Shown here piece after piece: positions 45,961 to 59,009 of a stretch of 64,000 nt of DNA. Numbering within the stretch: the first letter of the stretch is position 1; each line of letters opens with the position of its first letter. The position numbers were made by a program, and so were the translations under genes. This DNA comes from an uncultured Chloroflexia bacterium (GTDB lineage: Bacteria; Chloroflexota; Limnocylindria; Limnocylindrales; CSP1-4), in assembly GCA_963720755.1 (NCBI GenBank), contig CAVRGP010000011.1, positions 128,001 through 192,000 on the forward strand, written 5' to 3'. The notes under the pieces were generated by a model. That model was not told the DNA's origin, ran no database searches, and saw only the letters and a list, made by a program, of their open reading frames with translations.

Positions 45961-46101
45961 ATGGCCGAAGCCTATTGCGTCAAGGACAAGAAGAAGGTCG
46001 AAGTCCAGAACGCCCAGAAGATCACGATGAAGAACGGCAAGCCGGCGATCCAGGGCACCTGCCCGGTCTGCGGCGGAAAGGTCTTCCGCATCGGCGGCTG
46101 A
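45961..46101 (+). CDS. DUF5679 small zinc-ribbon-like basic protein
   Basis: MAEAYCVKDKKK...MKNGKPAIQGTCPVCGGKVFRIGG; GAGGAG RBS. Confidence 0.85.
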   Translation: MAEAYCVKDKKKVEVQNAQKITMKNGKPAIQGTCPVCGGKVFRIGG

Positions 46102-46129
46102 CGCCGCGATCGAGATCTGAAACAGGACA

Positions 46130-46158
46130 CAGGACCCCCGCCGATGGCGGGGGTCCTG
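46130..46158 (+). terminator. GC-rich hairpin terminator
   Basis: CAGGACCCCCGCC-GAT-GGCGGGGGTCCTG; weak U-tract. Confidence 0.6.
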
Positions 46159-46342
46159 CCCGTTTCGGGCATTTCGGACCTCGAGCGTTCGGCCGCCCCT
46201 TTGGTACGATGGTGTCGACGCCCCGAGCCAGGTGGATCCGCGATGTTCACGCGGCCTTCGGCACGAGCCACGCGTCTGATCGTTCCGTCACCCAAACGTC
46301 GAGCGGGTTCGCCCGACGCTCATCTCGCCAGGAGGTCCCACC

Positions 46343-47362
46343 ATGGCCACGAGAGTCGGTATCAATGGCTTCGGCCGCATCGGTCGGCAATCGCTCAAGG
46401 CGCTCATCGAACGAGCCCCCGACATCGAGGTCGTCGCGGTCAACGATCTGGTCGATGCCAAGATGAACGCGCTGCTGTTCAAGCGCGATTCGACGTACGG
46501 CACCTACCCGGGTGAAGTGAGTGCCGGCGAGTCGTCGATCATCGTCGACGGGCGCGAGATCAAGATCCTGGCCGAGCGGGACCCGGCCAATCTGCCGTGG
46601 GCCGATCTCGGTGTCGACATCGTCCTCGAGAGCACCGGACTGTTCACCGACGCCACGAAGGCGAAGGCGCACATCGACGCGGGCGCCAGCAAGGTCATCA
46701 TCAGTGCGCCGGCCAAGAACGAGGACATCACGATCGTCCTGGGCGTGAACGAGGACAAGTACGACCCGAGCGTCCATCACGTCATCAGCAATGCCAGCTG
46801 CACCACGAACTGCCTGGCGCCGGCGGCCAAGGTGGTCCATGACCTGGTGACCATCGAACGCGGCCTGATGAACACCATCCACAGCTACACGAACGACCAG
46901 CGCATCCTCGATGTCGCCCACAAGGATCCCCGACGGGCCCGAAGCGCCGGACAGAACATCATCCCGACGACGACCGGGGCGGCCAAGGCGCTTGCGCTGG
47001 TCATCCCGGATCTCAAGGGCAAGTTCGACGGTTTCAGCCTTCGGGTGCCGACGCCGACGGTCAGCGTGGTCGACTTCACCGCCACGGTCAGCCGCCCGAC
47101 TTCGGTCGAGGAGCTCAACGAGGCGTTCCGTGTCGCGGCCGCGGGTCCGATGAAGGGGATCCTCGGCGTCTCCGATGAGCCGCTCGTGTCGATGGACTTC
47201 AAGGGCGACAGCCGGAGCTCGATCATCGATTCCGCCTCGACGATGGTCCTCGGGGGGACCATGGTCAAGGTCATCGCCTGGTACGACAACGAGTGGGGCT
47301 ACAGCTGCCGCGTGGCGGACCTCATCTCGTTCGTGGCCGCCCGCCTGCCCGTCACTGCCTGA
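46343..47362 (+). CDS. gap: Type I glyceraldehyde-3-phosphate dehydrogenase
   Basis: [28 protein letters not shown]. Confidence 0.98.
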   Translation: MATRVGINGFGRIGRQSLKALIERAPDIEVVAVNDLVDAKMNALLFKRDSTYGTYPGEVSAGESSIIVDGREIKILAERDPANLPWADLGVDIVLESTGLFTDATKAKAHIDAGASKVIISAPAKNEDITIVLGVNEDKYDPSVHHVISNASCTTNCLAPAAKVVHDLVTIERGLMNTIHSYTNDQRILDVAHKDPRRARSAGQNIIPTTTGAAKALALVIPDLKGKFDGFSLRVPTPTVSVVDFTATVSRPTSVEELNEAFRVAAAGPMKGILGVSDEPLVSMDFKGDSRSSIIDSASTMVLGGTMVKVIAWYDNEWGYSCRVADLISFVAARLPVTA

Positions 47363-47368
47363 CGATCG

Positions 47369-49923
<2,555 letters not shown>

Positions 49924-49936
49924 GTACCGCCAGACC

Positions 49937-50515
49937 GTGAGCCGGATCGTCGATCGCGGGGCGATCTCGGCTGCCTATGTCGGCATCGGCATGGCGGTCA
50001 CGATCGTCGCCAGCTTCACCCTGATCATCCCGATCGAGTGGATCATCTGGGTGCTCGCCCTGCCGTCCGGGCTGCTCATCGGCTACTACGCCAACCAGCG
50101 CTCCGATCGACGCCGCGGCCCGTGGGCGCGGATCCTGGCCAACGGCCTGTTCGCGTCAGTCGTCACGGGCTTGACGATCGCCGTGTTCCTGCTGTCGATC
50201 AAGGCGCTCTTCTTCTTCGCGGACAGCGGCTTCCGGGACCCGGGACTCGGCGGACCGATCGCGTGCCAGACCGGTGCCGACTGCGTCTACCAGCGGTACC
50301 TCGAAGCGGGCCGCGGTCCGGATCTCGAGGCAGCCGGCGTGACGGACCCGGACTCGTTCACGGCTTTCTACTGGGCTGAACAGGCCAGCAGCGCGGTCAC
50401 CATCGTGGTCCTCACGACGCTTGGCGGTCTCGGCGGTGCCGCCCTGTACGGGGTCTTTCGCCCCAAGCCGGGCGTGACCGAGTCGATCGCGACGACCGAG
50501 GCGCCAACGACCTGA
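49937..50515 (+). CDS. Hypothetical membrane protein
   Basis: Four TM helices, starts 13 bp after eno. Confidence 0.72.
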   Translation: MSRIVDRGAISAAYVGIGMAVTIVASFTLIIPIEWIIWVLALPSGLLIGYYANQRSDRRRGPWARILANGLFASVVTGLTIAVFLLSIKALFFFADSGFRDPGLGGPIACQTGADCVYQRYLEAGRGPDLEAAGVTDPDSFTAFYWAEQASSAVTIVVLTTLGGLGGAALYGVFRPKPGVTESIATTEAPTT

Positions 50516-50536
50516 TCCTCGCGGATCCCCGAATCG

Positions 50537-50562
50537 AAACGCCCCGGCGGACCGGGGCGTTC
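50537..50562. terminator. Hairpin between convergent genes
   Basis: AACGCCCCGG-CGGA-CCGGGGCGTT. Confidence 0.6.
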
Positions 50563-50585
50563 GTGGGCTGGGGTCGCTGCGATCC

Positions 50586-51251
50586 CTATTCCTTGGTCGC
50601 GGCCTTCTTCGCCTTCGGCGCGGCCTTGGCGGTTGACTTGGGAGCGGTCGCCTTGGCCGTGGCCGGCTTCTTGGTCGCGGTCGCCTTGGCCGTGGCCGGC
50701 TTCCTGGTGGTCGCCTTGGCCGGAGCGGCCTTGGCGGCCGGGGCCTCGACAGCGGATGCGTCTGCGGCAGCCTTGGCTGCGGCAGCCTCGGCGCGGGCCG
50801 TCTTGCTCAGGGCGGCGCGGGCCTTTCCGGCCGCGGTCTGGGCGCCCTTGGCCTTGCCGGCCTTGCCGGCCGCGATGCGGGCCTTGGCGGCCTTGGCGGC
50901 CGCGGCCTTGCCCGTCGTCTTGACGACACGTCCGCTGGTCTGCACCTGCTCCCCGCCGAGGGCGGCGTTGACCTTGCGAGTCAGGCGCGACTTGCGCCGG
51001 GCGGCAGCGTTCGGATGGATGGCGCCGACCTTGGCCGCCCGGTCGAGCGCGCTCAGGGCCTCGATGAGCGCGGCCGCGGGATCGATCGTCGACGTGGACG
51101 GATCGGCGGCGACGGTCAGGGCCTTTGCGACGTACGTCTTCGCGGCGGTGCGTCGGGGCTGAAGGACCTCGTGGCGGCTCTGGGCCTGACGGACCCTCTT
51201 GAGTCCGGACGGCGTGCGAGCGCCCGTCCAGGTGCGGGGCGTCTTGGCCAA
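50586..51251 (-). CDS. rpsT: 30S ribosomal protein S20 with long Lys/Ala-rich C-terminal tail
   Basis: SGLKRVRQAQSRH...SALDRAAKVGAIHPNAAARRKSRLTRK S20 core; TTG start with GAGG RBS; 221 aa. Confidence 0.88.
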   Translation of the reverse strand: MAKTPRTWTGARTPSGLKRVRQAQSRHEVLQPRRTAAKTYVAKALTVAADPSTSTIDPAAALIEALSALDRAAKVGAIHPNAAARRKSRLTRKVNAALGGEQVQTSGRVVKTTGKAAAAKAAKARIAAGKAGKAKGAQTAAGKARAALSKTARAEAAAAKAAADASAVEAPAAKAAPAKATTRKPATAKATATKKPATAKATAPKSTAKAAPKAKKAATKE

Positions 51252-51393
51252 GGGTCGAACCTCGTCTTGCGATCGGGAATGGTCGTTGGCGCGCGGCGCG
51301 GATCGAGCGCCGGGCGCGAATGCGGATGGTAGCACAGGTCCAGGCTCGTACCACGCCCCGCATCCGGCCGACCAAGCCGCCAGACTTGGTCCC

Positions 51394-52344
51394 ATGATCG
51401 CGATCGTCGGCGGGCTCGGTGCCGCCATCCTGTGGGCGGCGGCGACGCTGTGTTCGTCACGCTCGAGCCGGATGCTCGGTTCCCGGGTGGTGCTGGCGTG
51501 GGTGATGGTCGTCGGCGCCGTGGTCGGGCTTCCCGTCGCCGTCCTCAGCCCTGCCCCCGAGACGCTCGAACCGTCGACGCTGGCGCTCCTGGGGCTGGCC
51601 GGGATCTGCTACGTCGTCGGCCTGCAACTGACCTATGCCGCGCTCAAGATCGGCAAGGTCTCGATCGTCGCCCCGATCGTCGCGACCGAGGGGGCCGTCG
51701 CCGCGCTCATCGCGGTGGCGCTCGGCGATCCGATCGGGGTCGTGGCCGCGATCATGCTCGCGGTGATCGTCACGGGCGTGGTCCTGTCCACGCTCGATCC
51801 CGGTCGGTCCGATGTCGCGGCCGGGGACTTCGACGTCGTCGCCGATTCGATCGAGGGACCGAGCGAGTCGGAAGCAGCGGGCATCGCGGTCCCGGCGGTC
51901 ACGCTCGCCGATGACGCCGCGGCCCGCGACACGCGTCTGGCAGCCATCCTTGCCGTCGGTGCCGCCCTCGTCTTCGGGGTCGGACTCGTCGCGGCGGGTC
52001 GGTCGGCGTCGCTGGTGCCGGTCGCCTGGGTGGCCTTGTCCACGCGGCTCGTCGGGATCGTCGTCGCGGTCGTGCCGCTCGTCCTCCAGGGTCGACTACG
52101 GATCACGCGGGCGGCGTTGCCGCTGGTCGTCATCGCCGGTGTCGGTGAGGTGATCGGCTCGATGCTTTCGGCCTGGGGATCCCGCGAAAGCATCCCGATC
52201 GCGGCGGTCATGGGCAGCCAGTTCGCGGCGTTCGCGGCCGTGGCTGCCTTCTTCCTGTTCGGCGAGCGACTCGGTCGCGTTCAGGTCGTCGGTGTCGTCC
52301 TGATCGTCGCCGCTGTCACGATACTCGCGGTGGCGACGACGTGA
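51394..52344 (+). CDS. EamA/DMT family transporter
   Basis: About 10 TM; FLFGERLGRVQVVG. Confidence 0.85.
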   Translation: MIAIVGGLGAAILWAAATLCSSRSSRMLGSRVVLAWVMVVGAVVGLPVAVLSPAPETLEPSTLALLGLAGICYVVGLQLTYAALKIGKVSIVAPIVATEGAVAALIAVALGDPIGVVAAIMLAVIVTGVVLSTLDPGRSDVAAGDFDVVADSIEGPSESEAAGIAVPAVTLADDAAARDTRLAAILAVGAALVFGVGLVAAGRSASLVPVAWVALSTRLVGIVVAVVPLVLQGRLRITRAALPLVVIAGVGEVIGSMLSAWGSRESIPIAAVMGSQFAAFAAVAAFFLFGERLGRVQVVGVVLIVAAVTILAVATT

Positions 52345-52345
52345 C

Positions 52346-53395
52346 CTAGCTGCCGGTCAGGATGGCGTCGATCTCGGCTCGATCGCTGCCCGGCACTCTC
52401 GTGATCCTGAAGGTCACGGTGTGCGTCCCCGACGTCGCCCACGTCTTCACCCAGACGACGCGCCGGTACGCGCTGGGTGCCCGCAGTGAGATGTAGGAGA
52501 CTTTGACGCCATCGAGGTAGACCGCCAGGTTCCCACGCTTCGGGCCGAACCGGGACACGAGCGCGACCATCCGGGCGTTGAACGTGATCTTCACCGTGGA
52601 TCCCGCGGTCGCATTCGTCTTTGCGTGCCCGCCCCAGTACGAGGCACTCGTGACCCGGCTCCACCGGCCCTTCCATCGCAACTGCTTGTTCGACTCCTGG
52701 AGCGCGGAAACCTTGAACGCCGGCCCCACGTACCAGGCCCCGACGTTGGTCGCGTAGTCGATGCCCTGGACACGCAGCTGGTAGGTGTGACCCGGAGAGA
52801 CCGCGTAGAAGATGCCCGGCAGGGCCGGGTGACTCGAGACGTGCGTCCAGGCTCCGCCGTCGACCCGGGATTCGATGTTGTAGGTGTGCGTGCCGCTCTG
52901 CGCGTGGTCGTCGTTGAACCAGGTGATCCGCATGGTGACCTGGCCGCCATTCACCTGGCGCCCGGGCTCGATCGAGGCGCGCATCGATGACTCGACCGGA
53001 GCCTCGGTGTCGTACAGGACAGAGGCGAACCCACCCGACCAGGCGGGGTCCCAGGTGTTCGTCCCATCGTCGAAGTCGACGAAGACATACCTGACGCCGG
53101 GGACGCTCGTGCCGCCATAGGCCGAATCAGTCAAGTCCCATGACGTGCTTGCCGCCCAGGCCATCGTCTTCCAGTCTGTCCCGTTCATCGATAGCCGCAT
53201 CGAGACCGCATTCGACGCCGGGGTCGAGACGGTCACGATCGCCTGGTTCGTCCACGGGGTGCCGCCGTTGACCTGGATGTCGCCGGGGACCGGCGGGGCC
53301 GCGGCCACGACGACAGCGGCCGACGAGGCCGCAAGCATCAGGGCGAGGAGGGGCACGATGGTGCCGCGCGGCACAAGACGCAGGCGACCCGGCAT
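52346..53395 (-). CDS. Secreted beta-sandwich protein (Fn3-like plus C-terminal jelly-roll-like domain)
   Basis: Signal peptide; [17 protein letters not shown]; GNLAVYLDG...GTHTVTF...IDAI. Confidence 0.65.
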   Translation of the reverse strand: MPGRLRLVPRGTIVPLLALMLAASSAAVVVAAAPPVPGDIQVNGGTPWTNQAIVTVSTPASNAVSMRLSMNGTDWKTMAWAASTSWDLTDSAYGGTSVPGVRYVFVDFDDGTNTWDPAWSGGFASVLYDTEAPVESSMRASIEPGRQVNGGQVTMRITWFNDDHAQSGTHTYNIESRVDGGAWTHVSSHPALPGIFYAVSPGHTYQLRVQGIDYATNVGAWYVGPAFKVSALQESNKQLRWKGRWSRVTSASYWGGHAKTNATAGSTVKITFNARMVALVSRFGPKRGNLAVYLDGVKVSYISLRAPSAYRRVVWVKTWATSGTHTVTFRITRVPGSDRAEIDAILTGS

Positions 53396-53415
53396 GTGAT
53401 CGGGCTCCCTTCGGT

Positions 53416-55260
53416 ATGCTCCGGCGCGTGAATGACGACCGGCGCGATCGTAGCATCCCCCAGTCCCGCCTCCGTAACTTCTCGATCATCGCCCACATCG
53501 ACCACGGCAAGTCGACGCTGGCGGACCGGCTGCTCGAGCTGACCCACACCATCGACGCCCGGCAGATGACCAGCCAGGTCCTCGATTCGATGGATCTCGA
53601 ACGCGAGAAGGGCATCACCATCAAGGCCCGGGCAGTCCGTCTCGAGTACGTGGCCGGCGACGGCCTGACCTATGGGCTGAACCTCATCGACACGCCCGGC
53701 CACGTCGATTTCGCGTATGAGGTCAGCCACAGCCTGCAGGCCTGCGAGGGCGCGATCCTCGTCGTCGATGCGACCCAGGGGATCGAGGCCCAGACGCTCG
53801 CCAACGTCCACCTGGCCATGCGCGAGAACCTCACGCTCATCCCGGTCCTCAACAAGATCGACCTGCCGTCAGCCGACCCGGATACGATCATGGACGAGCT
53901 CGAGAACGTGCTGGCCATCCCGCGCGAGGAGGTCATCCTCGCGTCGGCCAAGGACGGGACGGGGGTGCCCGAGATCCTCGAGGCGATCGTCGCGCGGGTC
54001 CCGCCGCCGAAGGGCGACCCGAAGGCCCCGCTCCAGGGGCTCATCTTCGACAGCCATTACGACGCGTACAAGGGCGTCATCGTCTATGTCCGGCTTGCCG
54101 CGGGGACCATCCGGCACGGGGAACGGATCGCCCTGATGGGCAGCGGGGTGACCGCCGAACCGCTCGAACTCGGCGTGTTCCGGCCGCAGCTCGTGCCCGT
54201 CCGCCAGCTCGTGGCCGGCGAGGTCGGGTACGTCGCGACCGGGCTCAAGAGCGTCCGGGACGCCCAGGTGGGCGACACGCTGACGAGCGCCACGCATCCG
54301 GCCACGACGCCGTTGCCCGGCTATCAGCCCGCCAAAAGCCTGGTCTTCGCCGGCATCTACCCGGTCTCCGGAGAGGACTACCCGCTGCTCCGCGAAGCGC
54401 TCGAGAAGCTCCATCTCAACGACGCGAGCTTCACCTACGCACCGGAAAGCTCCGTCGCCCTCGGCTTCGGGTTCCGCTGCGGGTTCCTCGGCTTGCTCCA
54501 CATGGAGATCGTCCAGGAGCGCCTCGAGCGTGAATTCGATCTCGACCTCATCGCTTCGGCGCCTTCGGTGGAGTACCACGTCCAGCTCCTGCACGGTCGC
54601 GGCGAAGTCGTCGTCGACAACCCATCGTTGCTCCCGGATCCATCGGCGATCGAGGTCATCGAGGAGCCCTGGGTCACCCTCAGCCTCGTGTCACCCAGCC
54701 AGTACATCGGCTCGTTGATGGAGCTCACGACCAACCGCCGCGGCGAATTCATGACGATGGAATACCTCGATCCGACGCGGGTCGTCCTCCATTTCGAGAT
54801 GCCACTGGCAGAACTGATCGTCGACTTCTTCGACCAGATGAAGAGCCGGACGCAGGGCTATGCGTCGATGGACTACGAGGAGCTCGGCTACCGGCCCGCG
54901 AACCTGGCCAAGGTCGACATCCTGGTCAATGGCGAGCCGGTCGACGCGCTGTCCCTGATCGTCCACCGGGACCGCGCCCAATCCACGGGCCGGGCGTTGG
55001 CCGAACGACTCAAGGAGCTGATCCCGCGGCAGATGTTCGAGATCCCGATCCAGGCCGCCATCGGTTCGAACGTCGTCGCTCGCGAGACGGTCCGGGCGAT
55101 GCGCAAGAACGTCCTGGCCAAGTGTTACGGTGGCGACATCACGCGCAAGCGCAAACTGCTGGAGAAGCAGAAGGAAGGCAAGCAGCGGATGAAGCGCGTG
55201 GGTTCGGTCGAGATCCCGCAGGAGGCGTTCCTGGCGATGCTACGGATGGACGAGGGCTAG
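53416..55260 (+). CDS. lepA: Translation elongation factor 4
   Basis: [40 protein letters not shown]. Confidence 0.98.
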   Translation: MLRRVNDDRRDRSIPQSRLRNFSIIAHIDHGKSTLADRLLELTHTIDARQMTSQVLDSMDLEREKGITIKARAVRLEYVAGDGLTYGLNLIDTPGHVDFAYEVSHSLQACEGAILVVDATQGIEAQTLANVHLAMRENLTLIPVLNKIDLPSADPDTIMDELENVLAIPREEVILASAKDGTGVPEILEAIVARVPPPKGDPKAPLQGLIFDSHYDAYKGVIVYVRLAAGTIRHGERIALMGSGVTAEPLELGVFRPQLVPVRQLVAGEVGYVATGLKSVRDAQVGDTLTSATHPATTPLPGYQPAKSLVFAGIYPVSGEDYPLLREALEKLHLNDASFTYAPESSVALGFGFRCGFLGLLHMEIVQERLEREFDLDLIASAPSVEYHVQLLHGRGEVVVDNPSLLPDPSAIEVIEEPWVTLSLVSPSQYIGSLMELTTNRRGEFMTMEYLDPTRVVLHFEMPLAELIVDFFDQMKSRTQGYASMDYEELGYRPANLAKVDILVNGEPVDALSLIVHRDRAQSTGRALAERLKELIPRQMFEIPIQAAIGSNVVARETVRAMRKNVLAKCYGGDITRKRKLLEKQKEGKQRMKRVGSVEIPQEAFLAMLRMDEG

Positions 55261-55269
55261 GCTGGCCGC

Positions 55270-56025
55270 GTGGACGACTTCCTGATCCTGGCCCGGTCGC
55301 TCATCACGATCGGCCTCGTCCTGCTCCTGGTGATGCTCAGGCTTGACGCGGAGAAGTTCGGGACCGCCGAGTACTACGAAGCCACCCAGGATGGCGAGCG
55401 GCCGCGGATACGCCGACGCCTGGCCTGGTATGGCCTGGGCTTCGCGCTCTCGATCGCGATCCTGTACATCCATCCCGACCCGCAGCGTGACCTCTACCTC
55501 GGCTCGGGAGACCGGTTCGACGCGGTGATCGGCGGGATCATCTACGGCTTGCTCGGCATCGCGGTCGCGGTCAGCTTCGCGACCTTGCGGTATCACCGGA
55601 TCCGGTTTCCCGCCGCCTGGTCGTACCCGGGGGCGCTGGTCAATTCGACCGCGACGGCGTTCATCGATGAAGTCACCTTTCGCGGAGCGCTCCTGGGCCT
55701 GCTCCTGATCCTCGGCGTCAGCCCGACCATGGCCAACCTGACCCAGGCGGTCGCCTACGCACTCGCGACCCGCCTCGGCGCGCCCGGGCGTGACCGGTAC
55801 CTGCTCCTCCTGGCGCTCGGGATCGGCCTGATCGGCGGCTGGTTGACCGTCGCCACCGGCGGCATCGCCGCGGCCTTCCTCGGCCACGCCATCACCCGCT
55901 TCGCGTTCTTCCTGTGTACCGGCCACGCGGGCCAGACGCAGCCACGAGCTCAAGAGCCGGAGGAGATCGAACGGCGGCGCCGACCACCGGAGGGCTGGCG
56001 GATCATCCGATCGCGGGACCGTTGA
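55270..56025 (+). CDS. CPBP/CAAX-like intramembrane protease homologue
   Basis: FIDEVTFRG and AAFLGH motifs; multi-TM. Confidence 0.65.
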   Translation: MDDFLILARSLITIGLVLLLVMLRLDAEKFGTAEYYEATQDGERPRIRRRLAWYGLGFALSIAILYIHPDPQRDLYLGSGDRFDAVIGGIIYGLLGIAVAVSFATLRYHRIRFPAAWSYPGALVNSTATAFIDEVTFRGALLGLLLILGVSPTMANLTQAVAYALATRLGAPGRDRYLLLLALGIGLIGGWLTVATGGIAAAFLGHAITRFAFFLCTGHAGQTQPRAQEPEEIERRRRPPEGWRIIRSRDR

Positions 56026-57242
56026 CCCGCCAGCCCGCGCCACCGGTGGCGCTGTACGTCCACATCCCGTTCTGCGTGTCGCTGTGCCCCTACTGTGACT
56101 TCGTCGTCTACGCCGGGGCGGCCACCCGCGGACCGAGATCGAAGGTCGATCTGTTCCTGGCGGCGCTGCAGACCGAGCTCGACCTCCGTGCGGACGCGCT
56201 CGACCAGGTATTCCCGGATCGCCCACCTCTCGAGACCGTCTACCTCGGCGGCGGGACGCCCTCCTTGCTTCCGGCTGCGGCGATCGCGGCGATCCTCGAT
56301 CAGGTCCGCACCCGCTTCCGGTTGACCGACGAGGCCGAGGTGACCCTCGAGGCCAACCCGGGGCGCGATGAACGCGGGGATGCTCGAAGCATCAGCGAGG
56401 CCGGGGTGACCCGCCTGTCGCTCGGCGCCCAATCGATGTCAGCCGTCGGACTCCACCGTCTGGGTCGGCGACATCGGGTCGCCGATATCGGAGCCGCGGT
56501 CGCGGCCGCCAGGGCCGGTGGGATCGGATCCATCAGCCTCGACCTCCTCTACGACGCGCCGGACGCGTCATTGGCGGACTGGATCGACACGTTGGACGCG
56601 GCACTCGCCCTGCGCCCAGATCATCTATCGCTCTACGCGCTGACCCTGGACGACCCCGACGCCGAAGGACTGACCGGGCCCGGCGGCGATCATCTGCCGA
56701 CGACGCCCGGGGCGAGGCGCTGGCGGGCGACCGCCCGGCTCGCCCAGGACGAGGATCGCGCGGCTGCCCAATACCATCACGCCGTGCACCGACTGGCCGA
56801 TGACGGCTGGCATGGCTACGAGATCAGCAACTGGGCCAAGCCCGGTCATGAAAGTCGGCACAATCAGGTGTATTGGGAGCGCCGGCCGTACGAAGCCCTG
56901 GGGCCGGGAGCGCATGCGTTCGATGGCGTCACTCGCCGGTGGAACGCGGCTCCACTTGACCGCTACCTGGCCGCTCTGACCCCGGCCGATGGCGGATCCG
57001 CCAACCTTCCGCCCGGGGGTTCGGAGACGATCGATCCGGCCGCCGCCAGGGCCGAGGCGGTCATCCTCGGATTGCGGACCGACCGCGGCGTGCCGGTCGA
57101 GTCGACCCATGAGCCGCCCCTCGCGGATGTCTTCGGGTGGGCCCTCGCGGCCGAGCTGGTGGTCGTCACCGGCGACGACCGGGTGGTCCTGACGACCCGC
57201 GGCCGGCTCCTCTCGAACGAGCTGTTCAGCCGGCTGGTCTGA
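56022..57242 (+). CDS. hemW: Radical SAM heme chaperone HemW
   Basis: LYVHIPFCVSLCPYCDF, GGGTPS, YEISNW, HNQVYW; lepA-hemW-hrcA synteny. Confidence 0.9.
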   Translation: MTRQPAPPVALYVHIPFCVSLCPYCDFVVYAGAATRGPRSKVDLFLAALQTELDLRADALDQVFPDRPPLETVYLGGGTPSLLPAAAIAAILDQVRTRFRLTDEAEVTLEANPGRDERGDARSISEAGVTRLSLGAQSMSAVGLHRLGRRHRVADIGAAVAAARAGGIGSISLDLLYDAPDASLADWIDTLDAALALRPDHLSLYALTLDDPDAEGLTGPGGDHLPTTPGARRWRATARLAQDEDRAAAQYHHAVHRLADDGWHGYEISNWAKPGHESRHNQVYWERRPYEALGPGAHAFDGVTRRWNAAPLDRYLAALTPADGGSANLPPGGSETIDPAAARAEAVILGLRTDRGVPVESTHEPPLADVFGWALAAELVVVTGDDRVVLTTRGRLLSNELFSRLV

Positions 57243-57266
57243 CCCCGGTTCGATCGGGCAACCTCG

Positions 57267-57296
57267 TTGACACCCGAACCCCGTGGCTGCTACGAT
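57267..57296 (+). promoter_or_regulatory. Sigma-A promoter of the hrcA operon
   Basis: TTGACA-N18-TACGAT. Confidence 0.7.
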
Positions 57297-57308
57297 GCCG
57301 TCAACTCG

Positions 57309-57335
57309 TTAGCACTCTCTCGCATAGAGTGCTAA
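57309..57335. promoter_or_regulatory. CIRCE element
   Basis: Perfect TTAGCACTC-N9-GAGTGCTAA upstream of hrcA. Confidence 0.97.
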
Positions 57336-57354
57336 CCATTTCAGGAGAACGGCC

Positions 57355-58425
57355 TTGGCGCGACGGACCCGCCGCCCTTTCGGCCCTCTGGACAACCGCA
57401 CGCAAGCGATCCTTCGGGCTGTCATCGAGGAATATGTCACCACCGCAGCGCCGGTCGGCAGCCGGGCGCTGGTCGACCACTATGGCCTCGGCGTGTCCAG
57501 CGCGACGGTTCGCAGCATCCTCGCCGAGCTCGAGGTCGATGGCCTGCTGACCCATCCCCATACCTCGGCCGGACGTATCCCGACCGATGCCGGCTACCGC
57601 TTCTACGTCGAATCCATCGCTGAAGCGGTCCCCCTCCCGGCGGTCGAGCAACTGATGATCCGCCACCAGTTCGGTCAGGTCGAGTTCGCCAGCGAGCACT
57701 GGTTCCGGCTCGCCGCCACGACGCTCGCCTCGGTCACCCGCTCCGCCGGCATCGCGACGCCGGCCAAGCCTCGCGATGCCCATGTCCGCAGGATCGACCT
57801 GGTCGCGATCAGTGAGCGGATGGCCAGTCTCATCCTGGTCCTGCGTGAGGGCGCCATCAAGCAGGCCCTGATCACCGTCGACAGCGATGACGCGATCGAC
57901 CAGCCGACCCTCAACGCCGTGGCTGCCGTTCTGAACGAGCAGCTCGTGGACCTGACCGCGGCGCGAGCGCGGGCCAGGATCGAGGCCATGCGCGGCGACG
58001 ACCGGGTCCAGGCACTTGCCAGGCGCGTCGGCGAGCGGGTGGTGAAGGTCGTCAGCGACTACGACGCGGAGATGATCGAGGAGGTCTTCAGCGACGGGCT
58101 GCTCAACGTGATGGAAGAGCCTGAGTTCGCCCAGAGCGACAAGCTCCGGCGCGTCTTCAGCGCCCTGGAGAACCGGGCCTACCTGGGCGAGCTTGTCGGG
58201 GCGGTCGCCGGCACCCACGGCGTCCGGGTCTTCATCGGACACGAGAACCAGCCGCTCGACATGCGTGACGTCTCGCTCATCCTGGCGCCATACGGCCGGC
58301 CCGGTCAGGCGATCGGCGTCGTCGGGGTGCTCGGCCCGACCCGGATGTCCTACTCGCAGGCGATCGGCACGGTTCGGTTCGTGTCGAGCCTGATGGATGA
58401 ACTGGTGGATCATCTGTATGCCTGA
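57355..58425 (+). CDS. hrcA: Heat-inducible repressor HrcA
   Basis: PVGSRAL, SSATVR, PHTSAGRIPTDAGYRFYV, LGPTRMSY. Confidence 0.96.
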   Translation: MARRTRRPFGPLDNRTQAILRAVIEEYVTTAAPVGSRALVDHYGLGVSSATVRSILAELEVDGLLTHPHTSAGRIPTDAGYRFYVESIAEAVPLPAVEQLMIRHQFGQVEFASEHWFRLAATTLASVTRSAGIATPAKPRDAHVRRIDLVAISERMASLILVLREGAIKQALITVDSDDAIDQPTLNAVAAVLNEQLVDLTAARARARIEAMRGDDRVQALARRVGERVVKVVSDYDAEMIEEVFSDGLLNVMEEPEFAQSDKLRRVFSALENRAYLGELVGAVAGTHGVRVFIGHENQPLDMRDVSLILAPYGRPGQAIGVVGVLGPTRMSYSQAIGTVRFVSSLMDELVDHLYA

Positions 58426-58978
58426 TCGTCGACGAACCAGAGCCCAGGAGCGGGAGGCGGAACTCGATATCTCACCGACCGCGTTGATCGCCCAGATCGA
58501 GACGCTGACGACCGAACGCGACGAAGCGATCCGGTCGGCGGACGACTACCTGGGTGCCCTCCAGCGGGAACGGGCCGAGTTCCAGAACTTCAAACGCCGG
58601 ACGTCCGAGGAACGGATGCGCGACCTTGGCCTGGCCGGCGAAGACCTCATCCGCAAGGTCCTCACCCTCGCCGACGACTTCGACCGGGCCATCGAGACCC
58701 GGCCGGCGTCGATCGCCGAGGACGCCTGGTTCGACGGGATCGCGGCGATCGACCGGAAGCTGCGCCAGCTGCTCGACAGCGAAGGCGTGACGACCATCGA
58801 CGCATCCGCCGGCCGACCGTTCGACCCGCGCGAGCACGAGGCGATCGCCAATGTTCCCGGCAGCGGTCGGGCCGACGGCGAGATCGTCGAGGAGATCCGT
58901 CGAGGCTACCGGCTCCGCGACCGCGTGATCCGCCCGGCCCTCGTCGCCGTGGCGACCAACGCAGACACCAACGACTGA
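58418..58978 (+). CDS. grpE: Nucleotide exchange factor GrpE
   Basis: RAEFQNFKRR, FDPREHEAI, RGYRLRDRVIRPALVAV. Confidence 0.96.
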   Translation: MPDRRRTRAQEREAELDISPTALIAQIETLTTERDEAIRSADDYLGALQRERAEFQNFKRRTSEERMRDLGLAGEDLIRKVLTLADDFDRAIETRPASIAEDAWFDGIAAIDRKLRQLLDSEGVTTIDASAGRPFDPREHEAIANVPGSGRADGEIVEEIRRGYRLRDRVIRPALVAVATNADTND

Positions 58979-59009
58979 CCAACCACACTGCTAAGGAGCA
59001 TCCATCGAT

